Below, piece after piece: positions 7,915 to 17,455 of a DNA stretch of 30,430 bases. How positions within the stretch are numbered: position 1 is the stretch's first letter; each line of letters begins with the position of its first letter. Under the pieces are notes generated by a model that was not told the origin of the DNA, ran no database searches, and was given only the letters and a program-made list of their open reading frames with translations. A program made the position numbers and the translations under genes. Source of the DNA: Thermodesulfobacteriota bacterium (GTDB lineage: Bacteria > Desulfobacterota > Desulfobulbia > Desulfobulbales > SURF-16); assembly GCA_039715015.1 (NCBI GenBank), contig JBDLIE010000031.1, positions 1 through 30,430 of the forward strand, given 5' to 3'.

Positions 7915-9309
7915 ATGAAAAAAGTCATTGCCTTTATCCTTGTCCTCATTCTTATAACTCTGGGAACCTACCTGGGGTTCGGACTTCTGGCCAAAAAAAA
8001 CTATGAAGCTGCCATTAGTGAAATGCAGGCAAACTTCCCGGGTCAGGTCGAATCTACCTTTGAGCAAGGCCTTTTTGCTTCAGAACTGTCTGTACTGCTG
8101 ACAATCCCTGTTCCAGCCGCCAATCCTGGCAGCCCGGAGGCAATTTCCACCCGGATCAGGCAAACCATTCATCATGGCCCCTTCATTATCAACAGCAAAC
8201 AGCCAAACAGTTCTCCCTTTACTCCCCTCCAACTCTTTGCCTACGGCACCCTGGAGCTTGAGCCATTCATGGCTAACGAACCAGCGTTTATCAGCGAATT
8301 ACGCCAGCTTGCCACAACCGATATCACCGTGCATGCCCCCCTCAAAGGGCGGACTAAAGTCTCTTTCACAGGCAGGCCCCTGCACAGCTCTCTAGCACTG
8401 GGCAGCGAGAATTTTGACCTGAACTGGCAGGGCTTTACAGGACAGCTTTATCTGGAAGGCAGCAACCTGCTCACCTACGATCTTGACTTTCAAGCCCCAG
8501 GACTTGAGATGAAGGGTAAGGGGGCTGAGGGAATCATCATCAAAGAGATAACCACCCAGGCAACGATGAAGGAAGGAAGCCACAATTTATCGATGGGCAC
8601 AATAACAACAACAATGAAGAATCTTGAGGCAACTCTGGGCAACGGCCCAGAAGACAAAGTGACCATGAGCGGCCTTAACCTCCGCATTGCTAACAGTGAA
8701 AAGGACGGCCTTCTCCGGGTGGAGGAGAAGGTCAGTATGGACCGACTCCAATTTTCTGACAAAAAATATGGCCCCGGAACTCTACAGATAAGTCTAGCCA
8801 ATCTAGATGCCCAGGCCGTGGCCAAGCTCACCGAGGCCTATAAGGAGTTGCAGGCCAATCCTGCCAATGACGAGGTCATGGCCCTGGGTCTTCTGAGCAG
8901 CCACGCCTCGGCCCTGCTGGCCAAATCACCGGAGATCAAGATAGAAGACTTCTCCCTGACCAGCCCGGAGGGGGCCTGTCAGTCCAGTGCCCACATAACT
9001 TTTAATGGTGATGGAGAGGTAATCATGAACCCCCTCTTTCTTCTGGGACGTCTGAGTGCCGAGGCTGATTTCAGTGCCGACGAACGGTTCCTTGCCGTAC
9101 AGGCCAAAAATTTCATCAAAGAAAATCTCTGTGCGGAACGTACTGATCCAGACTGCGATCACGAGGCGGCCCAGGAAGGGAGTAAGCAACTCAAGGCCCT
9201 TATCGACCAAAACGTTCTTGTCCTTAAAGGCGGCAAATACACCCTGACCGCCAGTTTTAAAAATGGCCAGCCCATGCTCAACGGCCAGCCTGTGCCCCTT
9301 AGTTTTTGA
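7915..9309 (+). CDS. YdgA/DUF945 family protein
   Basis: GGAG RBS then MKKVIAFILVLILITLG; FEQGLFAS, IHHGPF, NWQG, C-terminal LNGQPVPL; ORF-track start 7480 overlaps tetR and is not used. Confidence 0.8.
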   Translation: MKKVIAFILVLILITLGTYLGFGLLAKKNYEAAISEMQANFPGQVESTFEQGLFASELSVLLTIPVPAANPGSPEAISTRIRQTIHHGPFIINSKQPNSSPFTPLQLFAYGTLELEPFMANEPAFISELRQLATTDITVHAPLKGRTKVSFTGRPLHSSLALGSENFDLNWQGFTGQLYLEGSNLLTYDLDFQAPGLEMKGKGAEGIIIKEITTQATMKEGSHNLSMGTITTTMKNLEATLGNGPEDKVTMSGLNLRIANSEKDGLLRVEEKVSMDRLQFSDKKYGPGTLQISLANLDAQAVAKLTEAYKELQANPANDEVMALGLLSSHASALLAKSPEIKIEDFSLTSPEGACQSSAHITFNGDGEVIMNPLFLLGRLSAEADFSADERFLAVQAKNFIKENLCAERTDPDCDHEAAQEGSKQLKALIDQNVLVLKGGKYTLTASFKNGQPMLNGQPVPLSF

Positions 9310-9314
9310 AATGA

Positions 9315-9566
9315 TTAATGGGGGTCAGAAGGAGTCATTTTTATTCCTCCTGCCGACTTTCCTTTTAATTCCTGCTCCGCAACCCGGCGGACATCAGCCA
9401 GGCATCAACGGCCTGCCGGGTTGCTCTCAGCACAACGGCAGGTTCCGGCCTTCTTCTCGGCCATGATTTTTTCCATGATGGTGGAGCGGTCGTAGCGCCT
9501 CGCATCGGCCCTGATATCCTCTTCAAAAAAGCCAAAGCAGTAACAGATAAGTTTCCCCTTTCCCAT
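9315..9566 (-). CDS. BFD-like/CopZ-type [2Fe-2S]-binding protein, predicted selenoprotein (83 aa, Sec at 9405-9407)
   Basis: AGGAGGAG RBS; ICYCFG...CRCAESNPAGR-UGA-CLADVRRVAEQELK...*; UGA sits where this family has the first Cys of NPxGxCC; SECIS-like hairpin follows. Confidence 0.8.
9371..9402 (-). other. Bacterial SECIS element
   Basis: CCUG-GCUGAUG-UCCGC-CGGGUU-GCGGA-G-CAGG; G-rich loop starts 18 nt after UGA. Confidence 0.7.
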
Positions 9567-9731
9567 GGTCTCCTCCTGGATCTTTGTCGTTTTCGTGTGG
9601 TTCTTAAGCGTGGTGCCGCAAAGCAGAAAAAGCTCTGCCCTGAAACTGTTACGTTTTCGTTGAATTTCTTTGCCGGTGGTATATAGTGGTTTCTCGGTCA
9701 TTGATCTTTTTTAAAGCATGAATCCGCCAAC

Positions 9732-10424
9732 ATGTCCTATTTTCCCATTAATGTCGACATACGCAAGCGCCCCTGCACCGTTATAGGTGGAGGCCGGGTT
9801 GCCCTACGCAAGGTCAAGGGGCTCCTCGACTGTGGTGCCGCCGTCACCCTTATCAGCCCAGCGGCAACCTCCGCTCTTGCCGAAATGGCAGGGCAAGGGC
9901 GCATCACATGGCACGAGCGGGGATACAGGCAGGGCGACCTTGCCGGCTCCTTCATGGTCATTGCCGCCACTGATGACGAAACAGTACAGGAACAGGTCCA
10001 TGCCGAGGCCGAAGAGGGCAACCTGCTCCTCAATGTGGCCGATGTCCCGAAATGGTGCAACTTCATTCTGCCGGCCACTGTGCGCCAGGGTGATCTCGCC
10101 ATCTCCATTTCCACTGCCGGCAAAAGCCCGGCCCTTGCCAAAAGGCTGCGACAGGAACTTGAAAAATCCTTTGGCCCCGAGTATGACCTGGCCTTGGAAC
10201 TTATGGGCACTTTACGGCCCGTGGTTCTAGCCAAGGGCCTTCCCCACTCTAAGAACAAGATTATTTTTGAGGATCTGCTCCACCCTGATCTTATCCCCCT
10301 GCTTAAAAAGGGAGACTGGCAGACCATCACCAACCATATCCATGCCGTGCTGGGAGCTGATGTTGACCTGGGTTGCCTGGATACTTTCCGCCACAACCTT
10401 CAACAAAACAGCGAGGGGAAATAA
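9732..10424 (+). CDS. sirC: Precorrin-2 dehydrogenase/sirohydrochlorin ferrochelatase (SirC/Met8, CysG N-terminal type)
   Basis: VIGGGRVALRK, AATDD, NVADVPKWCNFILPA, ISTAGKSPALA. Confidence 0.9.
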   Translation: MSYFPINVDIRKRPCTVIGGGRVALRKVKGLLDCGAAVTLISPAATSALAEMAGQGRITWHERGYRQGDLAGSFMVIAATDDETVQEQVHAEAEEGNLLLNVADVPKWCNFILPATVRQGDLAISISTAGKSPALAKRLRQELEKSFGPEYDLALELMGTLRPVVLAKGLPHSKNKIIFEDLLHPDLIPLLKKGDWQTITNHIHAVLGADVDLGCLDTFRHNLQQNSEGK

Positions 10425-11233
10425 TGCTCTTCACCGGTACCTATATTGTTTACGCTGTGGCGGTCAGCCTCTATCTGGTCTTTTTTTCTTCCCAGAACAA
10501 GAAGGTGCGCACCGTGGCCAGGCAGCTTCTGCTTGGTGCCGGAATCCTCCACACCATCACCATTGCCGCCCGTTATATGGCCTCCGGCCACACACCGCTC
10601 ACCACCCATCATGATACGGTTTCTTTTTTTGCCTGGTCGGTGACCTGGGCCTTTCTCTCCTTTCGCTGGCGCTATCAGATAAAAAACTTCGGCACCTTTG
10701 TTTCCCTGGTCATTTTTGCCCTGATGACTGTGGGTCTCTGTTCGTCCAGAGTTATTAATGAACTCCCTCCGGCCCTGCAGTCGATTTGGCTACCAATCCA
10801 CGCCTCCATCGCCATTGCCGCTAACGGTTTTTTGGCCCTGGGCTTTTGCGGCGGCATCATGTATCTCCTCCAAGACCGGGAATTAAAGAAGAAACGCTTC
10901 GGCGTTTTTTATTACCGCCTGCCCTCGCTGGAGGCCCTTGACCAGTTGAGCCAGCATTGTCTGACCATTGGCTTCCCCCTTCTGACCTTAGGCATCATGA
11001 CAGGATCCATATGGGCCAAGCAGGCCTGGGGCGCCTATTGGCAGTGGGACCCAAAAGAAACATGGTCTCTTATTACCTGGCTGCTCTATGCCGGTCTGCT
11101 CCACCAACGTTTTGCCATTGGCTGGCGGGGCAGGAGGACGGCCATCATGTCCATCATCGGCTTCAGCGCTGTTCTTTTTACCCTGTGGGGAGTCAACTTC
11201 CTGCTCAGCGGAGCTCACACATATGTCCGTTGA
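10424..11233 (+). CDS. ccsA: Cytochrome c biogenesis protein CcsA/CcsB (HemX-like)
   Basis: WWD domain GSIWAKQAWGAYWQWDPKETWSLITW; TAATG overlap with the upstream gene. Confidence 0.9.
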   Translation: MLFTGTYIVYAVAVSLYLVFFSSQNKKVRTVARQLLLGAGILHTITIAARYMASGHTPLTTHHDTVSFFAWSVTWAFLSFRWRYQIKNFGTFVSLVIFALMTVGLCSSRVINELPPALQSIWLPIHASIAIAANGFLALGFCGGIMYLLQDRELKKKRFGVFYYRLPSLEALDQLSQHCLTIGFPLLTLGIMTGSIWAKQAWGAYWQWDPKETWSLITWLLYAGLLHQRFAIGWRGRRTAIMSIIGFSAVLFTLWGVNFLLSGAHTYVR

Positions 11234-12494
11234 GCACATTTTAATCCTTGGCGTTAACCACAAGACAGCGCCGGTGGAAGTCCGTGAGAAACTGGCCTTC
11301 CCCGACATTGAGGTGCCGCTGGCCATGCTGGGCGAGGTCCCCGGCTGCGAGGAATTTTGCTTTCTGTCCACCTGTAACCGGGTGGAGGTAATCTTTACCT
11401 CTCCCACCCCAGAAAAGACCATTCGCCATATCCGCGACTTTCTCTTTGCAGCCAGTGATCTCTCGGAAGAGCAGGCCATCGAATACACCTATCTCCACCA
11501 GGGTAACGAGGCAATCAGTCATCTCTACCGGGTGGCGTCCAGCCTTGATTCCATGGTGGTGGGCGAGCCGCAGATCCTGGGTCAGCTAAAAGACGCCTAT
11601 CGGGAAGCCTCGGACAGAAAATGCACCGGAGTTATTCTGAACCGTCTGATCCACAAGGCATTTTCAACGGCCAAGCGGGTCCGCTCGGAGACCAATATTG
11701 GCTCCTCGGCCGTATCCATCAGCTATGCTGCCGTACAGCTTGCCAAAAAAATATTTGGCGATCTAAAAAACAAAAAGGTATTGCTGGCCGGGGCTGGGGA
11801 AATGGCAGAGCTTGCAGCCGAACATCTGGTGACCCAGGGCTGTACCGAGGTCATCGTTGCCAACCGTACCCTGGAGAATGCCGTCAAACTGGCCAAACGC
11901 TTTAAAGGCAAGGCGGTCAGTCTGGCTGAGCTCCACGACCAGCTTGAGAGAGTGGATATCATGGTGAGCTCCACCGGCGCCCCTAACCTTATTTTGGAAA
12001 AAAATGAGGTCCAACCTCTGATGCGGCCTCGCCGCAACCGGCCCCTCTTTTTCATCGACATTGCCGTGCCCCGTGACCTTGACCCTGGGATTAACGATAT
12101 TGACAACGTCTACCTCTACGATGTGGATGATCTCAGTCAGGTTGTGGAGATTAATAAATCAGAACGGGTCAACGAGGCTGCCAAGGCCGAGCGTATTGTC
12201 CTGGACGAGGCCCTGAAGTTCCTGGGCTGGCTGGGCAATATGGCCCTCTCCCCCACCATTACAGATCTACGCAAGAAGGCTGATGAAATACGGCGGGCCG
12301 AGATGGATAAAACCCTGGCAAACCTCGATCTTTCTGCCAAGGAAGCCAAGGCCATTGATAAGCTGACCTCATCCATCATCAACAAAATGATGCACCATCC
12401 CATTCTCCACCTCAAGGAGGATTGTCATCAAGACATAAAACAGCAAAAACTTGACATGATCCGCCGCTTCTTTGACCTGGACTCCCAGCAATAA
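11223..12494 (+). CDS. hemA: Glutamyl-tRNA reductase
   Basis: GVNHKTAPVEVREK, STCNRVE, SLDSMVVGEPQILGQ, GAGEM, DIAVPRD. Confidence 0.97.
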   Translation: MSVEHILILGVNHKTAPVEVREKLAFPDIEVPLAMLGEVPGCEEFCFLSTCNRVEVIFTSPTPEKTIRHIRDFLFAASDLSEEQAIEYTYLHQGNEAISHLYRVASSLDSMVVGEPQILGQLKDAYREASDRKCTGVILNRLIHKAFSTAKRVRSETNIGSSAVSISYAAVQLAKKIFGDLKNKKVLLAGAGEMAELAAEHLVTQGCTEVIVANRTLENAVKLAKRFKGKAVSLAELHDQLERVDIMVSSTGAPNLILEKNEVQPLMRPRRNRPLFFIDIAVPRDLDPGINDIDNVYLYDVDDLSQVVEINKSERVNEAAKAERIVLDEALKFLGWLGNMALSPTITDLRKKADEIRRAEMDKTLANLDLSAKEAKAIDKLTSSIINKMMHHPILHLKEDCHQDIKQQKLDMIRRFFDLDSQQ

Positions 12495-12506
12495 CCCCTT
12501 TTAGCC

Positions 12507-12956
12507 TTGGGATCTCTGCTGCCACAGGCCCTGCTCGACGCCATCCATACCAACGAAACCCTGCTCTGGTGGTTGGCTGGTTCTTCACTACTTACCTTTA
12601 TTGCCTCCCTGCTTCTTATTCCCTTTCTCCTTACCCGCCTTCCTGTCGATTATTTTGCCCATGGCAAACGACATCGCCCCCCCTGGGCCCACCATCATCC
12701 AGTTGTGAGATTCTTTTTGCTGTTGAGTAAAAATATTCTGGGGGTTGTTTTCCTGTTGGCCGGATTCCTCATGCTCTTCCTACCCGGCCAAGGCCTGCTG
12801 ACCATGGTCATGGGTGTTGTCCTCCTTGACCTGCCGGGCAAATACAAACTGGAAAGGTGGCTGGTGGCGCGGCCCGCCATTCTAAAAAGCATCAATTGGC
12901 TCAGACAGCGCTCCGGCCACCCCCAATTCACTCTCTATCAAGATATAGAAGGCTGA
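12507..12956 (+). CDS. PGPGW-like small membrane protein
   Basis: LPVDYF, KNILG, LFLPGQGLLT, DLPGKY; three hydrophobic segments. Confidence 0.75.
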   Translation: MGSLLPQALLDAIHTNETLLWWLAGSSLLTFIASLLLIPFLLTRLPVDYFAHGKRHRPPWAHHHPVVRFFLLLSKNILGVVFLLAGFLMLFLPGQGLLTMVMGVVLLDLPGKYKLERWLVARPAILKSINWLRQRSGHPQFTLYQDIEG

Positions 12957-13044
12957 AACAGCAGCGCCCTTCGCCGCCTCAGCCGCCGACACCACCACTC
13001 GCCCATCTCCCCAGCTTTTTTTGTCTTTTTCAAAATTTCTGCCA

Positions 13045-13061
13045 CTGGCAGACTATTTGCT
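13045..13061 (+). promoter_or_regulatory. Sigma54 -24/-12 promoter
   Basis: CTGGCAGACTATTTGCT: GG(13047-8)-N10-GC(13059-60), about 90 bp before the EEP gene. Confidence 0.65.
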
Positions 13062-13149
13062 TCTCAAATCTTGAGAAACAAGCAGAAATGACTTGCGAGG
13101 AACTCTTAAAACATCCTTACAGGGATTATAAACCGCGGGAGAAAACACA

Positions 13150-13953
13150 ATGACTGATTTTGGCCGCACAACCGCAGATATAGCTGCATGGAATCTTTCG
13201 GGCTTCAGTCCGATTCCCTCTACTAGACTGGAACGCCAAGTTGAAGGGCTTGCGCTCCTAGATGCTGAAGTCGTCACTCTTGTCGAGATCAACCCACTTT
13301 CAGCGATTGAAACTTTGCAGCAAGGACTGCAAGGCAAAGGCGTAAAGTACGACTACACCATTCTCGAACAGGAAAACGACTTGAACATTGGCGTCCTGTA
13401 TAAAAACGGGGTGACTGCTGCAAATCCACGCTTCATAGATGGCTCCGACCTGGGCGATTCCAGGAGGCGCAAGGCCTTTGTCGTGGACATGAAGGTCGGC
13501 AAGTTTGACTTTCTGCTCATCGCTGTTCACCTTAAGTCGGGGCGGGGGGCTGCAGAGCAGAAGGTTCGTGACGACCAGGCAAAGGTCATTGGAGCCTACA
13601 TCCAACAACTGCGCGCCGAAAGCCGAGAGGACATACTCTTAGTCGGCGACTTCAACATGATCCCTGGCCAAGATGTTAGCAACTTCCACCATCTCGGTGG
13701 CGACGACCTGATGGATTTTCTGTCATCCTGGGACCTTCAGGCCCGTTATTCACACATCTTGGAGGCTGGCAGAGCAAACCTGCTGGATGGCTTTGCCATA
13801 AGCCGGACATACAGTACGGAGTACATTCGCGGCAGCCTTCGCGTATTTCCAATGCACTGGAGTATGGACATCGGCCGTGAGCGGTTTCGCGAGAAGGTCT
13901 CGGATCATTTGCCTTTCGTTGCTTCGTTCAGAATTGATCGCGCTCGGGACTAG
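13150..13953 (+). CDS. Endonuclease/exonuclease/phosphatase (EEP) family protein
   Basis: AAWNL, LVEI, VHLKSG, GDFN, SDHLP catalytic motifs. Confidence 0.9.
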   Translation: MTDFGRTTADIAAWNLSGFSPIPSTRLERQVEGLALLDAEVVTLVEINPLSAIETLQQGLQGKGVKYDYTILEQENDLNIGVLYKNGVTAANPRFIDGSDLGDSRRRKAFVVDMKVGKFDFLLIAVHLKSGRGAAEQKVRDDQAKVIGAYIQQLRAESREDILLVGDFNMIPGQDVSNFHHLGGDDLMDFLSSWDLQARYSHILEAGRANLLDGFAISRTYSTEYIRGSLRVFPMHWSMDIGRERFREKVSDHLPFVASFRIDRARD

Positions 13954-14267
13954 ACGCCTAACCTTACTCTATCCACCTTGGCTTGTTGACGCCATCAGGG
14001 TTACAGCACGGGGCACTGCAAAGAGCATCCACACCTAACAGGCTTCCCGTGTTATCAGGAAGAACATTCATGCTTTACTCATTTTTAAGTATTAGCTGGA
14101 CTCATATCCCGCATCCGCCCATTTTAAGTCCATTACCAGCCCTCCTGCGGCCAGTTTCTTCCTAATTTACGGAAATTTATTTTCCCGGATGTCGGAAAAA
14201 AGTCCTTTGCCGACCATATTATTTGCTTATCTATCTAATATATCGTCTCTTTAACAATGGGCGCCCA

Positions 14268-14284
14268 CTGGCAGAGTTCTTGCT
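14268..14284 (+). promoter_or_regulatory. Sigma54 -24/-12 promoter
   Basis: CTGGCAGAGTTCTTGCT: GG(14270-1)-N10-GC(14282-3). Confidence 0.65.
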
Positions 14285-14448
14285 ATTTTGGAGATTGTTG
14301 TACGCAAAATTCATTGAGAGATAAGATCATCCGTAAGAATTGTTCATTCCTGTAGTGCGTGCGCCCTCTATCAAAAATAGAAGCGGGCAATTGTGGTCAC
14401 AGCGAAGGCGAGCGCAAATAAATTTAAACCACAAAGGGGGAACTGAAA

Positions 14449-15114
14449 ATGCCAGCGAAACAGATAACATATAAAGAGGCCAGAGATTTGATGCAGCCGG
14501 GTGATGTAATTGCTTTTGGAGGGAAAGGCCATTTTTCAGAAATAATAAAATTCGCCACATTCTCCAGCGTTTCTCATGTTGGCGTAATTCTCCAAACCAA
14601 AATACCTGAAGATGACACTGGCAGACTCTTTAACCAGATCATTGAATCGACTTCATTAAATGGCTTCAATGGGGTTAATGTATCCAGGTTTAGCGACAGG
14701 CTGAATACTTATGAAGGAGAGCTTTGGTGGTTGCCTTTAAACAAGAAAATTCGAGACAGTTCATTCGATAAAAGTAAGTTTTTTAATTTTCTTTTTAATC
14801 AGGCCAAGGAGAGGAAACCTTACGATATGCCTCAGGCCATAAAGTCAGCTGTTGATGCATTAGATGAGCTGCCATTTGGGCTGCACGGCCCCGCATATAA
14901 TAAAGAAGATTTCAGTAAATTCTTCTGCTCTGAACTTGTTTCAGCAGGCTTAGAAACTGCCGGCGCTGTTGGCAGCGTAAATGCTTCTGAGGTAACTCCA
15001 ATAGATTTATGCCGGTGGAGAATTTATGAAAATAGCTACTATCAATTAAAAGGCGAATCAAGCAAACGAATATCACGTTTTAACACTGCATCACCAGCAG
15101 ATTGGAATGTCTAA
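14449..15114 (+). CDS. Permuted papain-like NlpC/P60 (YiiX/YaeF, C92-like) hydrolase
   Basis: MQPGDVIAF, SHVGV (His), KPYD, FFCSELV (Cys), VTPIDL; visibly AT-rich relative to flanks. Confidence 0.8.
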   Translation: MPAKQITYKEARDLMQPGDVIAFGGKGHFSEIIKFATFSSVSHVGVILQTKIPEDDTGRLFNQIIESTSLNGFNGVNVSRFSDRLNTYEGELWWLPLNKKIRDSSFDKSKFFNFLFNQAKERKPYDMPQAIKSAVDALDELPFGLHGPAYNKEDFSKFFCSELVSAGLETAGAVGSVNASEVTPIDLCRWRIYENSYYQLKGESSKRISRFNTASPADWNV

Positions 15115-15336
15115 AAAGTGAAAATTCCCATCTTACAACTCTGGGAGGCCAGCTTATTAATAAGCCGACTTACTGCAGATAATTTTGAAGCGATTGAAGA
15201 ACTGACAAGAGACAACAATCACCAACATCCTCCCTGCACATAACCTTGGCCAGGAAACTAAATAAGAGGAAACCACCAAAAAAATCTCCGCAGCCCTGAC
15301 CTGAGAGTACCGATCTTTCGGGCCAAAAAGGCCGGA

Positions 15337-16260
15337 TCAGCTCTCCCTCCTATTGCCCCCCGTCGAATTAAGATAGTGGATCTTCACCTTCTTGCGTCCA
15401 GCAGGGCGCAGGTAGGCTTCCCTGCCGTAACCCACAGCAATAACGGCGTAGATCTCTTCATCCGGAGCCAGGTTCAGGGTTTTTCCGATGTCCCGGTCAT
15501 GGCGCATGGCTTCTACCACAAAACCGATAAGGCAGGTGCTCAGCCCCAGGGCATGGGCGCCGAGCAGGATATGACCGCTGGCAAGAAGGGCGTCTTCGGC
15601 CGGGCAGCTGGCCTCACTTTGTCCACCGACCAAAATGGCTGCAGGTGCGCCATGGAAGAGATGATCCTTGCCGCGCTCTTCCCAGTCGGCAAGGCCGTCG
15701 CGCACCGTCTGATAATGGCGACGATAATAGCGCCCCAGGCTGTCCCCGGCAAAAAGCTTGGCAGCCAGGCGCCAAAGGGGGTTGGCCGCCTTTTTATTTA
15801 GTCTGCGAAAAAAAGCGGCCGTTAATTCACCAAGCAGCTCGACTTCTTCACGGTTTTTAAGGAGGGTAAAGGTCCAGGCCTGGCTGTTCGTACCGGAAGG
15901 CGCTGTAGTACCGATTTTAACCAGATCTTCAAGCAGCAAGCGCGGCACCGATTTTTCTTGGTAACTGCGCACTGAACGGCGAGAGCGCAGGAGTTGGACG
16001 AGCTCAGCGGCGTCACTGGAACCCGGTGCCAACCAGCCCTTTTTCTCTGCAATATGGTGAAATCCCAATTCAGCAGAGACTAGGCCGACCTCTATGGCCT
16101 CGGCGGGACAGACGGCCTGGCAATGGCAGCAGGCCATACATTTATTGCCGCTGATCCGGGCCTTCCCGTCAACCAGGGTAATGGTCTGGTTGGGACAGAC
16201 AGCAATACAGAGGCCGCAACCAGTGCAGAGTTCCGCATCTATTTGAGTTGAAACAGTCAT
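15337..16260 (-). CDS. Nitroreductase with N-terminal 2x[4Fe-4S] ferredoxin domain
   Basis: CTGCGLCIAVCP, CMACCHCQAVCP, RSRRSVRSY, APSGTNSQ, AHALGLSTC. Confidence 0.92.
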   Translation of the reverse strand: MTVSTQIDAELCTGCGLCIAVCPNQTITLVDGKARISGNKCMACCHCQAVCPAEAIEVGLVSAELGFHHIAEKKGWLAPGSSDAAELVQLLRSRRSVRSYQEKSVPRLLLEDLVKIGTTAPSGTNSQAWTFTLLKNREEVELLGELTAAFFRRLNKKAANPLWRLAAKLFAGDSLGRYYRRHYQTVRDGLADWEERGKDHLFHGAPAAILVGGQSEASCPAEDALLASGHILLGAHALGLSTCLIGFVVEAMRHDRDIGKTLNLAPDEEIYAVIAVGYGREAYLRPAGRKKVKIHYLNSTGGNRRES

Positions 16261-16311
16261 AAAAGCATCATTCCAAGAAATAGCCCTTAAAGCAATCCCC
16301 ACCTATGGCGT

Positions 16312-16470
16312 TTATTCTTTCTCATCAGTACAGCCGCAGCTTTCCAGCTCCTGCACACAACCAGGGCAAAGCGCCATGCCCTCTTCCTCATCAATCATAA
16401 GCTCAGACAGATTTGCCAGCTGGCCACAGAGACCACAGGCAACTTGGCCGTTATCCTTATCCTCTCTCAT
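16312..16470 (-). CDS. 52-aa Cys-rich (zinc-finger-like) protein
   Basis: MREDKDNGQVACGLCG...LCPGCVQELESCGCTDEKE; ATGA overlap with the DMT stop. Confidence 0.7.
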   Translation of the reverse strand: MREDKDNGQVACGLCGQLANLSELMIDEEEGMALCPGCVQELESCGCTDEKE

Positions 16471-17372
16471 CTCGTGCCCCAATTTGCCAGGCGGATGCCA
16501 AACAGGGCAAGGCAGATACCCGCAACCTGGATGGCCACCAGACCCTGGCCCAGAAAAATATGCCCCCAGATGCTGGTAAGCAGGGGTTGGAGGAGAAGCA
16601 AGGTTGAGGCCGCTGCCACCGGCACCTTCTTTAAGGAGGTGACAATTATCCACCAGCCCGCCACTGAAGAGACCAGGGCATGGATAGCCAGAATGGCCGT
16701 GGCCCTTAGGTCAGGAAGGAGCATGCCATCCTCAACAAGGGTGGGCAACAGGAGAAAAAGGGCGGTGAGGGTAGCCAGCCAAAATAATGTCTGCTGGGGA
16801 GTTGTCTCAAACTGCTCCAGATATTTAAGGAAAATAAGGAAAACAGAATAGGTGAGCGCTGTAAAAATACCACAGAGGACACCAAGCAGAACATTGCTGC
16901 CCAGAGGGTTTGTCAAGGTCAGCATGGCGATGCCAGCCAATGCCAAAAAGGTGCCGGGCCAAAACATGTTCTTCAAGCGATCGCCAAAGAAAAAGACAGC
17001 AAGAAGCGAGACAAAAACCACCTGCAGGTTGCCTATCAAGGTGGCCGGGCCGGCGCCGATATAGATTATGGCCCGGTGCCAGGCCCAGAGATCAACGGCA
17101 AAAAAGAAACTGAGCGCCACCAGGATTCCAGAACCTGAAAGCCTTTGGACAAGGGGAGCGAGCTTTGCCACGCGGCAGACAAGCACTCCTTCTTCTTTCA
17201 GGGGCAGAGATGCCAAGGGCCGGGTAAAGCCATAGGGTATGAGCCAGAATATGGCGCCAAAAAAATTACGATAAAAAGCGGCCTGGGTGGGTGGCACCTC
17301 TGACAGGGTAATCAGAATGGCTGAGGTGGAGATACAGCAGACCCCAAAAATGAGAAGAAGGTACCATTTCAT
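16467..17372 (-). CDS. DMT/EamA family transporter
   Basis: About 10 TM segments in two repeats; AAFYR, GPATLIGNLQVVFV, LLLQP. Confidence 0.9.
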   Translation of the reverse strand: MKWYLLLIFGVCCISTSAILITLSEVPPTQAAFYRNFFGAIFWLIPYGFTRPLASLPLKEEGVLVCRVAKLAPLVQRLSGSGILVALSFFFAVDLWAWHRAIIYIGAGPATLIGNLQVVFVSLLAVFFFGDRLKNMFWPGTFLALAGIAMLTLTNPLGSNVLLGVLCGIFTALTYSVFLIFLKYLEQFETTPQQTLFWLATLTALFLLLPTLVEDGMLLPDLRATAILAIHALVSSVAGWWIIVTSLKKVPVAAASTLLLLQPLLTSIWGHIFLGQGLVAIQVAGICLALFGIRLANWGTR

Positions 17373-17455
17373 AAAGAAAGTTTGCAGCCATAGTGGGCAC
17401 CAAAACCAGCGGGACCAGAACAAGGCTCATTACAGTGGCTATTAACTGCCGGCTG

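Noticed and set aside
9701..9714. TTGAT half-site upstream of sirC as a possible FNR-type box
   Set aside because: The second half (TTTAA) matches ATCAA poorly.
13956..14040. GCCTAAC and ACCTAAC after the EEP gene (and GTCTAAA at the C92 stop) resembling attC inverse core sites
   Set aside because: No matching GTTRRRY with an attC-like palindrome and no integrase; at most eroded remnants.
15118..15243. 41-codon GTG ORF and 14-bp palindrome GCTTATTAATAAGC (15152-15165)
   Set aside because: No RBS or motif; an AT-rich palindrome could be chance or a weak terminator.
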